From the IMG/VR virus record IMGVR_UViG_3300022198_000015: a stretch of DNA of 64,000 bases; one strand, 5' to 3'. The notes under the pieces were generated by a model. It made no database searches, was not told the DNA's origin, and was given only the letters and a program-made list of their open reading frames with translations. Position 1 is the stretch's first letter, and each line of letters opens with the position of its first letter. Position numbers and translations under genes: made by a program. This DNA is from an uncultured virus (IMG/VR IMGVR_UViG_3300022198_000015). Lineage: Duplodnaviria > Heunggongvirae > Uroviricota > Caudoviricetes. Below are positions 17,701 to 27,877 of this stretch, one piece after another.

Positions 17701-17752
17701 AAATGAGACATGGACCTTCTGGTATACTGAAGATGCCCCACGACATGACCCC

Positions 17753-17989
17753 ATGCAAATCGACACTGAAAGCGTGCTCAAAGCTGCCGACAAACTTATT
17801 GCCGAGCACCCACGAGAGAAGGAGATTCTTAAAAACAACATTTTTGCTGTTCGTAGTCTCCGAGATAAAGGGTTAACTTATGGCGAAATCCGAGAGCTGA
17901 CTAATTTGTCATTGACCACCATTAAGCGTTATCTGGGTAAAGCAGAAAAAAATCTGGTTGCTCATTACCAGAAAATCCTGGAGGACTGA
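17753..17989 (+). CDS. Helix-turn-helix DNA-binding protein
   Basis: LRDKGLTYGEIRELTNLSLTTIKRYL; TGGTATACT extended -10 upstream. Confidence 0.8.
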   Translation: MQIDTESVLKAADKLIAEHPREKEILKNNIFAVRSLRDKGLTYGEIRELTNLSLTTIKRYLGKAEKNLVAHYQKILED

Positions 17990-18051
17990 CACCCAAGGGG
18001 CCACCTCGGCCCCCTCCTTTGGTATACTGAGAATGCCCTATCCACGAATCT

Positions 18052-18258
18052 ATGGATCGCCGCGAATACGTCCCCACCTTCACCTCCTTTGCCCACCCGC
18101 TGTTTGCCCGTCGCCCGCAGGCCGGTGGTGCCCCTGTTGAGCGTTATGTAGTGGGTTTCCGCGTCAAGGCCCGTGAGGTCGTCTTCATCACCACCGAGAT
18201 GGAAGAGATCTCGGCTGATGGTGTGGTTCTGTATCGCCTGCCCTCCGTCGAATACTGA
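18052..18258 (+). CDS. Hypothetical protein
   Basis: 68 aa; TGGTATACT promoter at about 18020. Confidence 0.6.
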   Translation: MDRREYVPTFTSFAHPLFARRPQAGGAPVERYVVGFRVKAREVVFITTEMEEISADGVVLYRLPSVEY

Positions 18259-18336
18259 AGTATTGCTTGTATTGGTAAAACACCCAATACATGCCAATAT
18301 TAAGTATTTCTACCTACATCAAAGATTCATTCAGTC

Positions 18337-20955
18337 ATGCTTATGGCCTCAATCAACCTACAAGAAGCCGTCTCCTTCTTTAGGTTAATCGGTAGGGATC
18401 CCAAGAACATCATCTACCAAGCTTTCAAAGATAAGCACTTCGATTACGCATCTGTCGGGCAGGATATTCCCAAGCCGCGCACAATGCGTAACTCGGATGA
18501 GCTGAAGGCTGCTGCATCTGAGAACTGCGGGATCTATTGGACTCTTGCGAAGTTTGACCAGCTTCCTATTGGGCGCATCAGCCGTTCCAAGGACAGCATC
18601 CGTCAGCACGGCGGGAAGATGGATTGTTTTGTCATTGAATGGGATGACATCTCCAAGGAAGAACAACTGGAACGTATCGACCAGTCGGGCTTCCCTACCC
18701 CCAGTATCCGCATCGATTCTGGTGGTAAATCCATTCACCAGTACTGGTTCATTGATCAGGACATTGATCCTGATGAATGGGAGAAGATCCAGAGCCGATT
18801 TGTGTCGGTTTTTCAGGCTGATCTCAGCATCAAATCCCTTGATCAGGTGATGCGTCTGCCTGGTGCAGAACACGTCTCTGGTGGTACTTCCACGAAAGTT
18901 CTAGCGGCCGAAAAAGATATCGACAGCGACTTCAATGTCATTGTCAAACGGTATACGCTAGATCAGTTCCTGGAAGCGTTGGGTGACTACGAAGAAAAAA
19001 ATAAGCCCGCCACCTCCCCGGCTACATTGCAGCAACTTGCTGTACAGCCCCAGGAGATTCCTGTAGGAGATAAGACTGGTGCTAGTCGCTGGTTTGATCT
19101 GTTGGCTGCTCAGGAGCAAGAAGCCTGTGTTGTAGAGATGCTGAAGAAGATCTCTGATGTGCATGGGATTGCATCTGAAGGTGGTTATGTGCCTAACCAG
19201 CTCCAGGAAAAGTTCTTGTTTGGTGTGTTTAGCCACTTCAAGAACAAGAGCGATGCCGATATGGTGGCTCTGATTGAAAAGGCCTATACATGGGCCTCTG
19301 ATAGCCACAAACTAGAGGATGGGACCTTTGGTGCATGGCGCATTAGCCTGTTGCGTGCTGCGCTACAGAAGCGTCAGAATATTGGCTCTACAATCCGGTT
19401 TGCACGTAGTTGTGGTTGGGATCCTAAACCCTGGAAAGAAGTAGCCGGTAAGGATGATCAGTCCCTGGCTGCTATTGTCATTGACGATCTATTTGATCTG
19501 AATGACGATAATTCCCGTGATGTGCTTACCATCATGGGGCGCACCTATTGGCGTCGCAATGGTAATTTCCATTACGATGAGTTGCCTAAGCATGAGTTGA
19601 CTAATATGGTTAGCCAATTCATCTATGACAACTATCCCAAGAAGTTTGGTGCTGTTGACCAGATTATTAAATCGCTGCAACAGTTTACTGCACGTCCTGC
19701 GCGTGTAGCACCTGATGGTTATATCAATTTCACCAACGGTGTGCTGCATGTGAAGGGTGGTAAGCGCATTCTATACCCTCATTTCTCACCTGAGACACTA
19801 GATATGGTGTTTCTGGATGCGCCTGCATGTAAGTATGATCCTAATGCGGATCGTACCTATGCCCGCCAGGTGCTAGAGGGCCTGGAGAATGAAGAAGCTC
19901 GTGAGATCTGGCTAAGAGTTGTTGCCCAGGGTATTAACAACGCAGAAGCCCAACAGCATCTGATGCCTGTTGCTTTGATCAACTTTGGTAAGGGTGGTAA
20001 TGGTAAGGATGTTTGCATCAATCTGGTGCAGTATATCTTTGGTAAGTCACTTGTTAGTCGTATCGACCTGGCAGATCTAGCCAAAGCAAGTGATCCTAAC
20101 CAGAACAATGGTACGCTGGCGTTACTGCCACTACAGCACTCTAGGTTTAACCTGCCATCTGAAACACCTACCACGAAGAAGCTGAATCATCTCAGTGACT
20201 TCAAGGCATGTGTGACTAACGATGAGATGAAAGCGCGGGGTCACAATGATGACTTTGTGTACTTCCATCCCAGAGCAGTACACATGCTTAGTGTCAATGA
20301 AGGTCTGTTGATTGACCAGACTGATGCTATGGCTAGACGCTTCAGGGCTGTGCATTGGCCCTATGTCTATAAGTCCGAATCTGATTATGATAAGCATAAT
20401 CAATTCCATCGCAAAGCGGTACTGTGGTTTAAACCTAATGCCCGTGATGTTGAGGGCGTACAGCGTGTCAAGGATGAAATCTGCCCTGGTTTCATCTTAG
20501 AGATCCTGGATGCATATGATCGTCTATGTGGTTTCATGGAGTCGGACTATGGCAAAGGTGTACCCAGAAAGTACTCTGATTCGGTATTTAGAAACCTGAG
20601 GGGTGAAACCGATCACGTCCTCAGGTTCCTAGAAGAGTCTGGTTACTATAAATCTGAAGAAGAATGGTCTTCGACTACGATTTCAGTAACTGGCTTGTAC
20701 GAAGAATACCTGAGGTGGGGTGTACCCGAAGGCTATACACAGTATGCGGTGCCGGAGGCTGCACTGTTGTCTAATGAGCTGCCTAAGATCGTCAGAAATT
20801 CTGGGGCTATTGAATCTGCCAATAAACTGGAGCGTAGGGTGCTAGCTGCAATGAATGGTGTGGAATCTGTTAGAATGAATCAGGTCACTGCTAATAAGCA
20901 TGGCATTGCTAGAACTAAATCGTATAAGTATTTAGCACGTAGGATTGATGGCTAG
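18337..20955 (+). CDS. Primase-helicase (RepB-like AEP primase + D5/SF3 helicase)
   Basis: IEWDD, DSGGKSIHQYW, MRLPG primase motifs; GKGGNGK Walker A; AMARR arginine finger. Confidence 0.9.
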   Translation: MLMASINLQEAVSFFRLIGRDPKNIIYQAFKDKHFDYASVGQDIPKPRTMRNSDELKAAASENCGIYWTLAKFDQLPIGRISRSKDSIRQHGGKMDCFVIEWDDISKEEQLERIDQSGFPTPSIRIDSGGKSIHQYWFIDQDIDPDEWEKIQSRFVSVFQADLSIKSLDQVMRLPGAEHVSGGTSTKVLAAEKDIDSDFNVIVKRYTLDQFLEALGDYEEKNKPATSPATLQQLAVQPQEIPVGDKTGASRWFDLLAAQEQEACVVEMLKKISDVHGIASEGGYVPNQLQEKFLFGVFSHFKNKSDADMVALIEKAYTWASDSHKLEDGTFGAWRISLLRAALQKRQNIGSTIRFARSCGWDPKPWKEVAGKDDQSLAAIVIDDLFDLNDDNSRDVLTIMGRTYWRRNGNFHYDELPKHELTNMVSQFIYDNYPKKFGAVDQIIKSLQQFTARPARVAPDGYINFTNGVLHVKGGKRILYPHFSPETLDMVFLDAPACKYDPNADRTYARQVLEGLENEEAREIWLRVVAQGINNAEAQQHLMPVALINFGKGGNGKDVCINLVQYIFGKSLVSRIDLADLAKASDPNQNNGTLALLPLQHSRFNLPSETPTTKKLNHLSDFKACVTNDEMKARGHNDDFVYFHPRAVHMLSVNEGLLIDQTDAMARRFRAVHWPYVYKSESDYDKHNQFHRKAVLWFKPNARDVEGVQRVKDEICPGFILEILDAYDRLCGFMESDYGKGVPRKYSDSVFRNLRGETDHVLRFLEESGYYKSEEEWSSTTISVTGLYEEYLRWGVPEGYTQYAVPEAALLSNELPKIVRNSGAIESANKLERRVLAAMNGVESVRMNQVTANKHGIARTKSYKYLARRIDG

Positions 20956-21437
20956 GCACCCTATTTCCGATAAGACCTATGCAGACTGGGTAGATATTGT
21001 ATCTACCCTTTACTTCAAGCATAAACTAAGTAAGAATTACATTCTGAAAATGTTTGATGGGCACTTAACTGAATGGACCCTGATGTCAGTAGCCGCGAGG
21101 TACAAAAAAGAAAACCCAGAATTGTTCGGTCAATAAGAAAAAAATTTTCCGGTTTACCGATCTGGTGGATACTGGAAGATTTGTATACTGAAATTGTAGT
21201 TCGGTTATTCCTATGTCTAGTCTCGTTGATTTTTTCGGTCCTCGGGTTTACGTTATTTCTGACACGCTTTTCAAGGAATATGAGGACCAAGTTAAAAAAG
21301 AAAAAGTAGCTAACTATGACAAAGAAATTCAGTATTACGAAGATGTCGTTGAAAAGCTAAAGAAAAAGCGAGCAGAATTGGTATAATGATAATGCCCCCT
21401 AAGCCTATCCATGGAAGCTCAAACCTGGGGGCCGTTC

Positions 21438-21509
21438 TGCGGGATAGTGTAGTGGTTGCACAGGAGTCTCATACGCTCCAGGTGGTGGGTTCGATTCCCA
21501 CTCCCGCTT
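21438..21509 (+). tRNA. tRNA with CAT anticodon (Met, or Ile2)
   Basis: GCGGGA/TCCCGC acceptor, GGAGT-CTCATAC-GCTCC anticodon arm, GGTTCGATTCC T-arm. Confidence 0.88.
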
Positions 21510-21546
21510 TTTGATAAACTGAGGATACGTCTAATCCATTAAATTA

Positions 21547-21855
21547 GTGAATGCCAACAAGGCCAAGGCTATTCAAACATGCATCGAAAATTTCGATTTT
21601 CAAAAGATGCATACTATGATGGAAGCTGTTGATTGGGAATGGTGGTCAGCTGATTTTAAAGTGCCTACAGTACAAGAGCTTAGGAATGCTGCTATTTCGT
21701 TATTAAGTCGATCCTGGGATATGGAAACAACCATCTACACTGGGGGTTTCTACGTGCGATATCATCCTGAAGAAACCATAGGTAAAGAAACCTATGAGCC
21801 TGCTCTAGAGTTACTTTTTATTGCGGTGGAAGCCCGTTCAGATGAAGCCTGGTAA
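21547..21855 (+). CDS. Hypothetical phage protein
   Basis: NFDFQKMHTMMEAVDWEW...VPTVQELR...TGGF. Confidence 0.75.
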   Translation: MNANKAKAIQTCIENFDFQKMHTMMEAVDWEWWSADFKVPTVQELRNAAISLLSRSWDMETTIYTGGFYVRYHPEETIGKETYEPALELLFIAVEARSDEAW

Positions 21856-21895
21856 GGCTGTCGTATGCTGAAGGGGTCCTCAGCAGAAGTTCGCT

Positions 21896-22390
21896 ATGAA
21901 CATTTTCTATGTTGACAAGGATCCCGTCCTAGCTGCCCGTGCCCTGCCGGATACCCACATCGTCAAGATGCCTACTGAGACGGTGCAGATGTTGGTGTCT
22001 GCCTGCATCAGGAACCACCTCTGCCATGGGGTGCTGACGGTAGCCGGTAGTCTCCATAGGGGCGGCTATGCCAACCATCCATGCACCCGCTGGGCCGGTG
22101 ACAACAGGGCTAATTTCCAGTGGCTCTGGCGCCATGGCGTGGCCCTCTGTCATGAATACGAGAAGCGGTATGGCCGCGAGCATGCTGCTGCCGCTCAGCT
22201 GCGCCAACTGATGGGTTGTATGGACTGGATGCCCAGTGGCCTGTTTACCACGCCTCCCCTGGCGATGCCTGATGAATGCAAGACGGCTGATGCGGTCGAG
22301 GCCTATCGGAACTGCATCCGTTTCAAGATTGTTAAGAAACCTGAACGGTTTGTCTGGAACAAGGGCCAGGCTGCTCCTGAGTGGCTATGA
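21896..22390 (+). CDS. Pyrimidine-dimer DNA glycosylase/endonuclease V-like family protein
   Basis: MNIFYVDKDP...HIVKMPTETVQML...NHPCTRW...EYEKRYGREH...AMPDE. Confidence 0.8.
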   Translation: MNIFYVDKDPVLAARALPDTHIVKMPTETVQMLVSACIRNHLCHGVLTVAGSLHRGGYANHPCTRWAGDNRANFQWLWRHGVALCHEYEKRYGREHAAAAQLRQLMGCMDWMPSGLFTTPPLAMPDECKTADAVEAYRNCIRFKIVKKPERFVWNKGQAAPEWL

Positions 22391-22417
22391 TATGGGGGTA
22401 CCAAAGGGAGAAACCCC

Positions 22418-22648
22418 ATGGCCCGCACCTACTGGAACGTATTTGCTCATGAGTATGGCACGACCGAATTCGTGAACAGCTACGACAGCAAGCGCGAAGC
22501 TCAAGCTGCTATCAAGCACATGCTGCAGGAGTTCAAGGACCACCCCCAGTGGTATGATTATAGCGAGGCCTGGTTCAGCATTGAGCATGGCCCCACTGCG
22601 GAAGAAACCTCAGTCCTGTCCGATCAACTTGACGCCGCTGGCCTTTGA
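22418..22648 (+). CDS. Hypothetical protein
   Basis: 76 aa with GGAG RBS. Confidence 0.65.
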   Translation: MARTYWNVFAHEYGTTEFVNSYDSKREAQAAIKHMLQEFKDHPQWYDYSEAWFSIEHGPTAEETSVLSDQLDAAGL

Positions 22649-22847
22649 AAATCATGACATTTCAACCACTCCCCACCATCGGTGGTATCCGCTTCGCTAC
22701 CAAAGAGCACATCGCCATCCATCTGCGCGAGATCTGTGCTAAGGTAGTCCGAGAAGACCCAGCCAACCGCGAGGTCATCACCCAGGCTTTTGAAGCCTAC
22801 ATTCAATGCTTTTGAAGCCTACATTCAATCTATCTAAGGAGTTCAAC

Positions 22848-23111
22848 ATGGCTTTTCACGAAGATGTTCGTCAGGTGCTGGAAGCTGCAGGCTCCAGCCT
22901 GGTGTCGGTGTATTTCATCAAGAAGGATGGCACTGAGCGCCAATTGACGGGTAACCTGATGGATCACAACGACATCAAGGGTACGGGTAATCCGACCCAG
23001 GATCCCAACATCGTTCGCATCCGCGATATCAAGCTGGGCCAGTGGCGATCCTTTGATTGTCGCCGTGTTATCAAAATTAAATCCAAAGGAGAAGTCCACA
23101 ACTTCGCTTGA
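22848..23111 (+). CDS. WYL-like/SH3-fold protein
   Basis: VSVYFIKKDGTER...QWRSF; AGGAG RBS. Confidence 0.7.
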   Translation: MAFHEDVRQVLEAAGSSLVSVYFIKKDGTERQLTGNLMDHNDIKGTGNPTQDPNIVRIRDIKLGQWRSFDCRRVIKIKSKGEVHNFA

Positions 23112-23161
23112 TAAACTGAGATAGTCGAAGGGAGGGCGACTTTAAAAATCCTTCCCCATAA

Positions 23162-23243
23162 GCCATCGTGGTGGAACGGTCTACACATCGCGCTTAAAAC
23201 GCGACGGGCACAGCCCTTGCAGGTTCGAATCCTGTCGGTGGCA
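23162..23243 (+). tRNA. tRNA-Leu(UAA)
   Basis: GCCATCG/CGGTGGC acceptor, TCGCG-CTTAAAA-CGCGA anticodon arm, long variable arm, GGTTCGAATCC. Confidence 0.93.
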
Positions 23244-23285
23244 TCAATAGGTAAACTAAAACACAAAAACACACAGCCTCTACCT

Positions 23286-23726
23286 ATGTCTCCAAAATAC
23301 AAAAACTATACTGATCTAGATATACAACAAGCCGTTGAATCTAGCACAAGTATTGCTCAAGTCCTGAAAAAACTTGATCTAGTAGTAGCAGGAGGGAATT
23401 ACAATAATATAAAAAAACACATAGCAAGATTAGGTTTAAATACAGAACATTTTAAAGGAAAAGCATGGACTCCTATTGGGTATGAGTTTAAACCTTTTGA
23501 AGGGCTACGAGGCAAAGAAGCTATTAAAAAACGCATAGCAAAAGAGCGTGGATGGAACTGCGAAAAGTGTTTATTAACCACATGGTTAGACCAGCCTATC
23601 AGCCTTGAATTAGAACACATTAATGGTAATTCTAATGACAATTCTAAAGAAAATCTATTGCTACTTTGCCCTAACTGCCATGCTCAAACCAACACATGGC
23701 GTCGCCGCAAGACCTCCTTGATGTGA
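23286..23726 (+). CDS. HNH homing endonuclease
   Basis: CEKC...LELEHING...N...NLLLLCPNCH; AT-rich gene between two tRNAs. Confidence 0.9.
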   Translation: MSPKYKNYTDLDIQQAVESSTSIAQVLKKLDLVVAGGNYNNIKKHIARLGLNTEHFKGKAWTPIGYEFKPFEGLRGKEAIKKRIAKERGWNCEKCLLTTWLDQPISLELEHINGNSNDNSKENLLLLCPNCHAQTNTWRRRKTSLM

Positions 23727-23754
23727 TATAATGAGTATGCTGCAAACCCCTTAT

Positions 23755-23826
23755 GGGACTGTCGCCTATTGGTTAAGGCCCACTGCTTATAACGGTGTGA
23801 ACGGGGTTCAATTCCCTGCAGTCCTA
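23755..23826 (+). tRNA. tRNA-Ile(UAU)
   Basis: GGGACTG/CAGTCCT acceptor, CACTG-CTTATAA-CGGTG anticodon arm, GGTTCAATTCC. Confidence 0.9.
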
Positions 23827-23869
23827 TTCGCTATTCGCAAATAGCGAACGTCCACCTAGCAAAGATCGA

Positions 23870-24106
23870 ATGACCATCAGTTCAGAACCACAAACATACG
23901 TGGAACAACGACGAGAGCGTCTGCTTGAGTCCGTTATGGAGTACCTTGAGGATCCAAGCCCAAATTGTCCCACTGGAGCAGATGCTTTCTATGAAGATCT
24001 GACTAGTGTTCTTGAGGAACTAAAACAGCATCCGATGGCTACACTGGGACGTATCAAACTGATTCAGTCGCGATTCCAGTGTCAGAAGCAGTGCTCCAAG
24101 GTCTAA
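23870..24106 (+). CDS. Hypothetical protein
   Basis: 78 aa ORF. Confidence 0.65.
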   Translation: MTISSEPQTYVEQRRERLLESVMEYLEDPSPNCPTGADAFYEDLTSVLEELKQHPMATLGRIKLIQSRFQCQKQCSKV

Positions 24107-24134
24107 AATGGTCTGCCCAGTAACGAGTAACGCT

Positions 24135-24461
24135 ATGACTGACAAGCACCCCATCACCCCACCGCCGGAGCTACTGGATAAGTGGGACAACTTACCGCTA
24201 AGTCCCCGGGAGATCTTCGTACTTGCCGCCCAATGGGGCGCCGACCAGGAGCTAGATGCGTGTTGTGGTCAGGTGAGTTGGTGGCTGACGAGTGGCGCCA
24301 GCCTCTCTGAGATTGGTCTTCGCGCCGCTCGCCGCCCGGAGCCACCGAGCTTGAAGGAGCAAAGCCTTGCACTGATTGATCTGATCCAAGGCAATGAGAA
24401 AGTCTGGAACATCAGAGATTTGGATGTCGTCCGCCGCGCACTGGAGAAACTTAATGACTGA
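24135..24461 (+). CDS. Cyanophage PITPPPEL-module protein
   Basis: MTDKHPITPPPELL...WGADQELDAC...PPSLKEQSL. Confidence 0.75.
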   Translation: MTDKHPITPPPELLDKWDNLPLSPREIFVLAAQWGADQELDACCGQVSWWLTSGASLSEIGLRAARRPEPPSLKEQSLALIDLIQGNEKVWNIRDLDVVRRALEKLND

Positions 24462-24957
24462 CCAACACCCAATCACCCCGCCGCCCGAGCTGGTGCAGCC
24501 CGAGCCGCAGGGGCCAACCGATGAGAGGACTTTGATGCCCGACTTTCGTGCGCTGTGCGCTGAGCTTCACGCCGCTTTTAACACATACGCTGTTGATGAG
24601 GCGCACCACGACCTGCTTGTACGCGCCAAGGCCGCCCTGGCCCAGCCTGAGCCGCCGAACTTGAAGGAGCAGGCGCTGGAACACCTAGAGCAGATTCATG
24701 CCAATGCTTATTCAATTGGCATGGGATTCGATCCTTCCATCATCCGCCGCGCCCTGGAGCAGCTGCCCGAGCCGCATGGGCTGACGGATGATGAAATCGA
24801 GGAGCGTTTTCAGCGCTGGTGGTTCAACGAAGGCAGCGGAATGCGACCGCTCAATGGCGAGGATCAGGAGGAACACGCTCACCGCGTAAGCCAGATTGCA
24901 TGGAGCAATGGTGCCTGTGTCGCCCGCTGGAGGGTGGCCATGACTGAACCATCTTGA
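24454..24957 (+). CDS. Mosaic PITPPPEL-module protein
   Basis: MTDQHPITPPPELV...DFRALCAEL...PPNLKEQAL...RRALEQL. Confidence 0.7.
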   Translation: MTDQHPITPPPELVQPEPQGPTDERTLMPDFRALCAELHAAFNTYAVDEAHHDLLVRAKAALAQPEPPNLKEQALEHLEQIHANAYSIGMGFDPSIIRRALEQLPEPHGLTDDEIEERFQRWWFNEGSGMRPLNGEDQEEHAHRVSQIAWSNGACVARWRVAMTEPS

Positions 24958-25005
24958 CACTGAGCGGTTCCCCTGCTAGAATGACCAACGTACACCAAAC
25001 AACCA

Positions 25006-25634
25006 TGACTGAACTTCCAAACCTGGCTGGCGTTGCCACCAAAGATCTGGTCGAACAGATCGGCACTGGCAGCTTCAAAGCCAGTTACATCAACTGGTCT
25101 CGGACGATGAACCTGCTGCGGGTCAATGCCCCCAGCTGGATGGCTGAATGCGTCTATAGCCCAGAAGGGACCATCCTGCACCGTGCCCCAGTGGGTGCCT
25201 ATCTGCTGATCCGGTTCCGTCATCTGGACGGTACGGTCACCCCAGAGGTGCCCCAGGCCGTCATGGATCACCGCAACAATGCGATCCCCTATGACAAGGT
25301 GACTGCTCGGGACATCACCGACACCCAGCGCCGTGGTACCTGCATGGCTGCTGCGTTTATCTTTGGCCTGGCTTATGAGCTGTGGGCGAAGATGCCACTG
25401 GAGTCTGGTTACACCCAGCCAAGCAATGGCCCTGAACTGACTGCAGAAACCAGTGCCCGTAGCAGTGGTGCTACCGAAGCCAAGTTCGTTGCAGCCGCAA
25501 AGAAACGTGGTCTGAGTGAGCTTGCTATTGATCTGGTCAAAGGTAAACTAAATGGGGATTGGGCTGGGGGTCTGAAGACTCTTGACGCTAAGAGTGACGA
25601 TGAAATTGCGGCGTTGAATGCTGCTGCCGGCTGA
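25006..25634 (+). CDS. Single-strand annealing protein (Sak/DUF1071, Rad52-like)
   Basis: ASYINWS...AVMDHRNNAI...DITDTQRRGTCMAAA..FGLAYELW. Confidence 0.75.
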
Positions 25635-25840
25635 TCCACTGCTGTTTGTTTTCTTTCATTTTTCATGACTCAATCTCAGCTTGATATGTTCATCAGTGCC
25701 TTGATCGATCTGGCACATCATCATGATGTTGGTGTGCGTAAACTGGGTAAGCAACTGGCTTATGCTCTTGATATGCAGGACATGGTGACTGCAGAAGAGA
25801 CTATGGCTAGTTTGGATCAAATGCGAGCTGTAGCCTAGTT

Positions 25841-26227
25841 ATGGCTAACCTAAGGACGCAATATCAAAACAACAGAGAGTATGAGCGGGCTGCTATTAAT
25901 TCTCATCCTTTTCCTGTTAACGCTATTGTAAACCTTAAAGGTACGAACTACGTCGGTCATCTATGGGATCTCAGTCCTAAAGGCTGTGCGTTTCTACTGA
26001 AGCGTTCTCAAGTGGCCGACATTAGCCGAATCTCTGAGAGTATCCTAGGTAGGATTGTTGTACTGGTTATTCTAAATGATGCCTTTGGGCATCAATCAAA
26101 ACTTAATGGTTTCCTAAAACGAGTTGATTATTTCAGTGAATCTACTTATTTAGTAGCTATTGAGTTCACAGAAATCCTAGATGAATCTTTTCTAGAGCCG
26201 TACCTAAAACGTGATAACAATGTCTAA
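25841..26227 (+). CDS. PilZ domain protein
   Basis: REYER (RxxxR) and DLSPKG (DxSxxG) motifs, C-terminal VAIEF strand. Confidence 0.75.
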   Translation: MANLRTQYQNNREYERAAINSHPFPVNAIVNLKGTNYVGHLWDLSPKGCAFLLKRSQVADISRISESILGRIVVLVILNDAFGHQSKLNGFLKRVDYFSESTYLVAIEFTEILDESFLEPYLKRDNNV

Positions 26228-26489
26228 ATTGCATGTTAGTCCTGAACGTCTGGACGAATGGCGCCTTAGGGCTAGTTTGACTGATGACTTTTTCCATAGC
26301 CTGATTGAGCAGGCAATTGACTGGGCCACTGAAACGCAACGTCTGAAACACCTTACTATTCTGGATGATATGTACCATCAAGAATATTGGTGGAAAGATG
26401 ACCGTAAGCATTTCATAGAAAAATCTATGGAGTACATTGACTATAAAGCCAGCCACCACCGGCAACTTTCGCGCCCAGTCCAATTATGA
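26220..26489 (+). CDS. Hypothetical protein
   Basis: ORF overlapping the PilZ stop. Confidence 0.6.
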   Translation: MSKLHVSPERLDEWRLRASLTDDFFHSLIEQAIDWATETQRLKHLTILDDMYHQEYWWKDDRKHFIEKSMEYIDYKASHHRQLSRPVQL

Positions 26490-26586
26490 AAGATGCTCCG
26501 CCTATTGTTTACTTAGTAGTCAGTTGGTTAACTGGCATAGCCATAATGACAGTATGGCTTACTAAATTCTCAAATTTGTAAGTATT

Positions 26587-26775
26587 ATGAGGATCGAAAT
26601 TTCATTCGACCACTCAGACCATTTTTATAATTGGAAAATGTGGGATGGGCCTGATGGCATTGATGAGTACAAAGGTAAGAATCTTAGCCTTGGTGGGGTT
26701 TTTGAACAGATACAGACCCATCGAGTACTGGGAGCTTTAAAGTATCAAATTGCTGAGAAAAAGAAAAATAACTGA
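26587..26775 (+). CDS. Hypothetical protein
   Basis: WKMWDGPDGIDEY, 62 aa. Confidence 0.65.
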   Translation: MRIEISFDHSDHFYNWKMWDGPDGIDEYKGKNLSLGGVFEQIQTHRVLGALKYQIAEKKKNN

Positions 26776-27262
26776 ACAGAACTACATGAAATACCCGGCA
26801 TTTACCGATAGCGTTGTCATCGGTCTGAGCCTCAGCTTTCTACTGGTTGGCGGGGTCTGGATCTATGTCCAGCTCCACTCATAGAGTCCTCGACCTTTAT
26901 GCCTGACCCAATCCTCATCTGCGCAGACTGCGGCTGCCCGCTGACCATCGACAGCCACCCGCCCTACGGCTGGGAGCTAGAAGACGGTCGCAGCGTCTGT
27001 AACGAGTGTTGTGCCATTGATACACAGCGTTTTGCTTCAGCTTTTGTTACGTACCTCGCTCCTTTAGATTAATGACCAAAGAACAATACGCAATGCGTAA
27101 AGCCCACAAAGCTTTTAATGGTCAATCAACTGAGATTAATTACTGGGATGTGTGGGATATGAACACCCGCATTAGACACAAGCGTCTCACTCATAAACAA
27201 GCCGTGCAGTTGCAGGCTGAACTGGGAGATGCTATCATTATCCACGACCAGCACTGATCCCT

Positions 27263-27808
27263 ATGAGCCGCGATGTAGTCAAAGAATGGTTGAACGTCAC
27301 TGGTCAACATTCTGTACTAGATCCTGAAGAAGTAATTAAACTCACTAGCATTATTCAAAATAATGCAATGGAGTCCAAGGCTAAGAAAAAAGCCCTGGAG
27401 AAGATGGTTAAGTGCAACACTAAAATGGTGGTCCATCTGACTTTGGGATTCTTTCGTAGACGCCAAGGCCTGAGGCTCAATGATGATCGTTTAAACGATT
27501 ACCTACAACAAGGGATGCTAGGTTTGATCCGAGCCATAGAAAAATTTGATCCTGATAAAGGGTACAAATTCTCTACCTATGCGTACCGATGGATTAACAG
27601 CTATTTGGGTCGTTATCATTACGACAACCAAACCCTGGTGCATATCCCTGAACCCATAATGTGTTCCCTGTTCAGTGGTAATAATGTCAAAAAACAAAAA
27701 GACCGCATTGAAGATGCTGTGCGTTTTCTGAACATGGATAGTCTTGATCGCATTGTTACTGGCCCAACAGGCGATCGTATCCGACTTGGGGATGCCCTAG
27801 CACTCTAG
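27263..27808 (+). CDS. Sigma70-family factor (regions 1.2-2.4, no region 4)
   Basis: DYLQQGMLGLIRAIEKFDPDKGYKFSTYAYRWI. Confidence 0.9.
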   Translation: MSRDVVKEWLNVTGQHSVLDPEEVIKLTSIIQNNAMESKAKKKALEKMVKCNTKMVVHLTLGFFRRRQGLRLNDDRLNDYLQQGMLGLIRAIEKFDPDKGYKFSTYAYRWINSYLGRYHYDNQTLVHIPEPIMCSLFSGNNVKKQKDRIEDAVRFLNMDSLDRIVTGPTGDRIRLGDALAL

Positions 27809-27877
27809 GGTTTCCTTTGGTATACTGATCTAGGGCCCATCGCCCTTCTTTAATTTCAATCACTTTTCGCGCAAATT

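Noticed and set aside
17309..17876. ORFs over the inverted-repeat region
   Set aside because: Overlapping short frames whose repeated peptides merely mirror the DNA repeats
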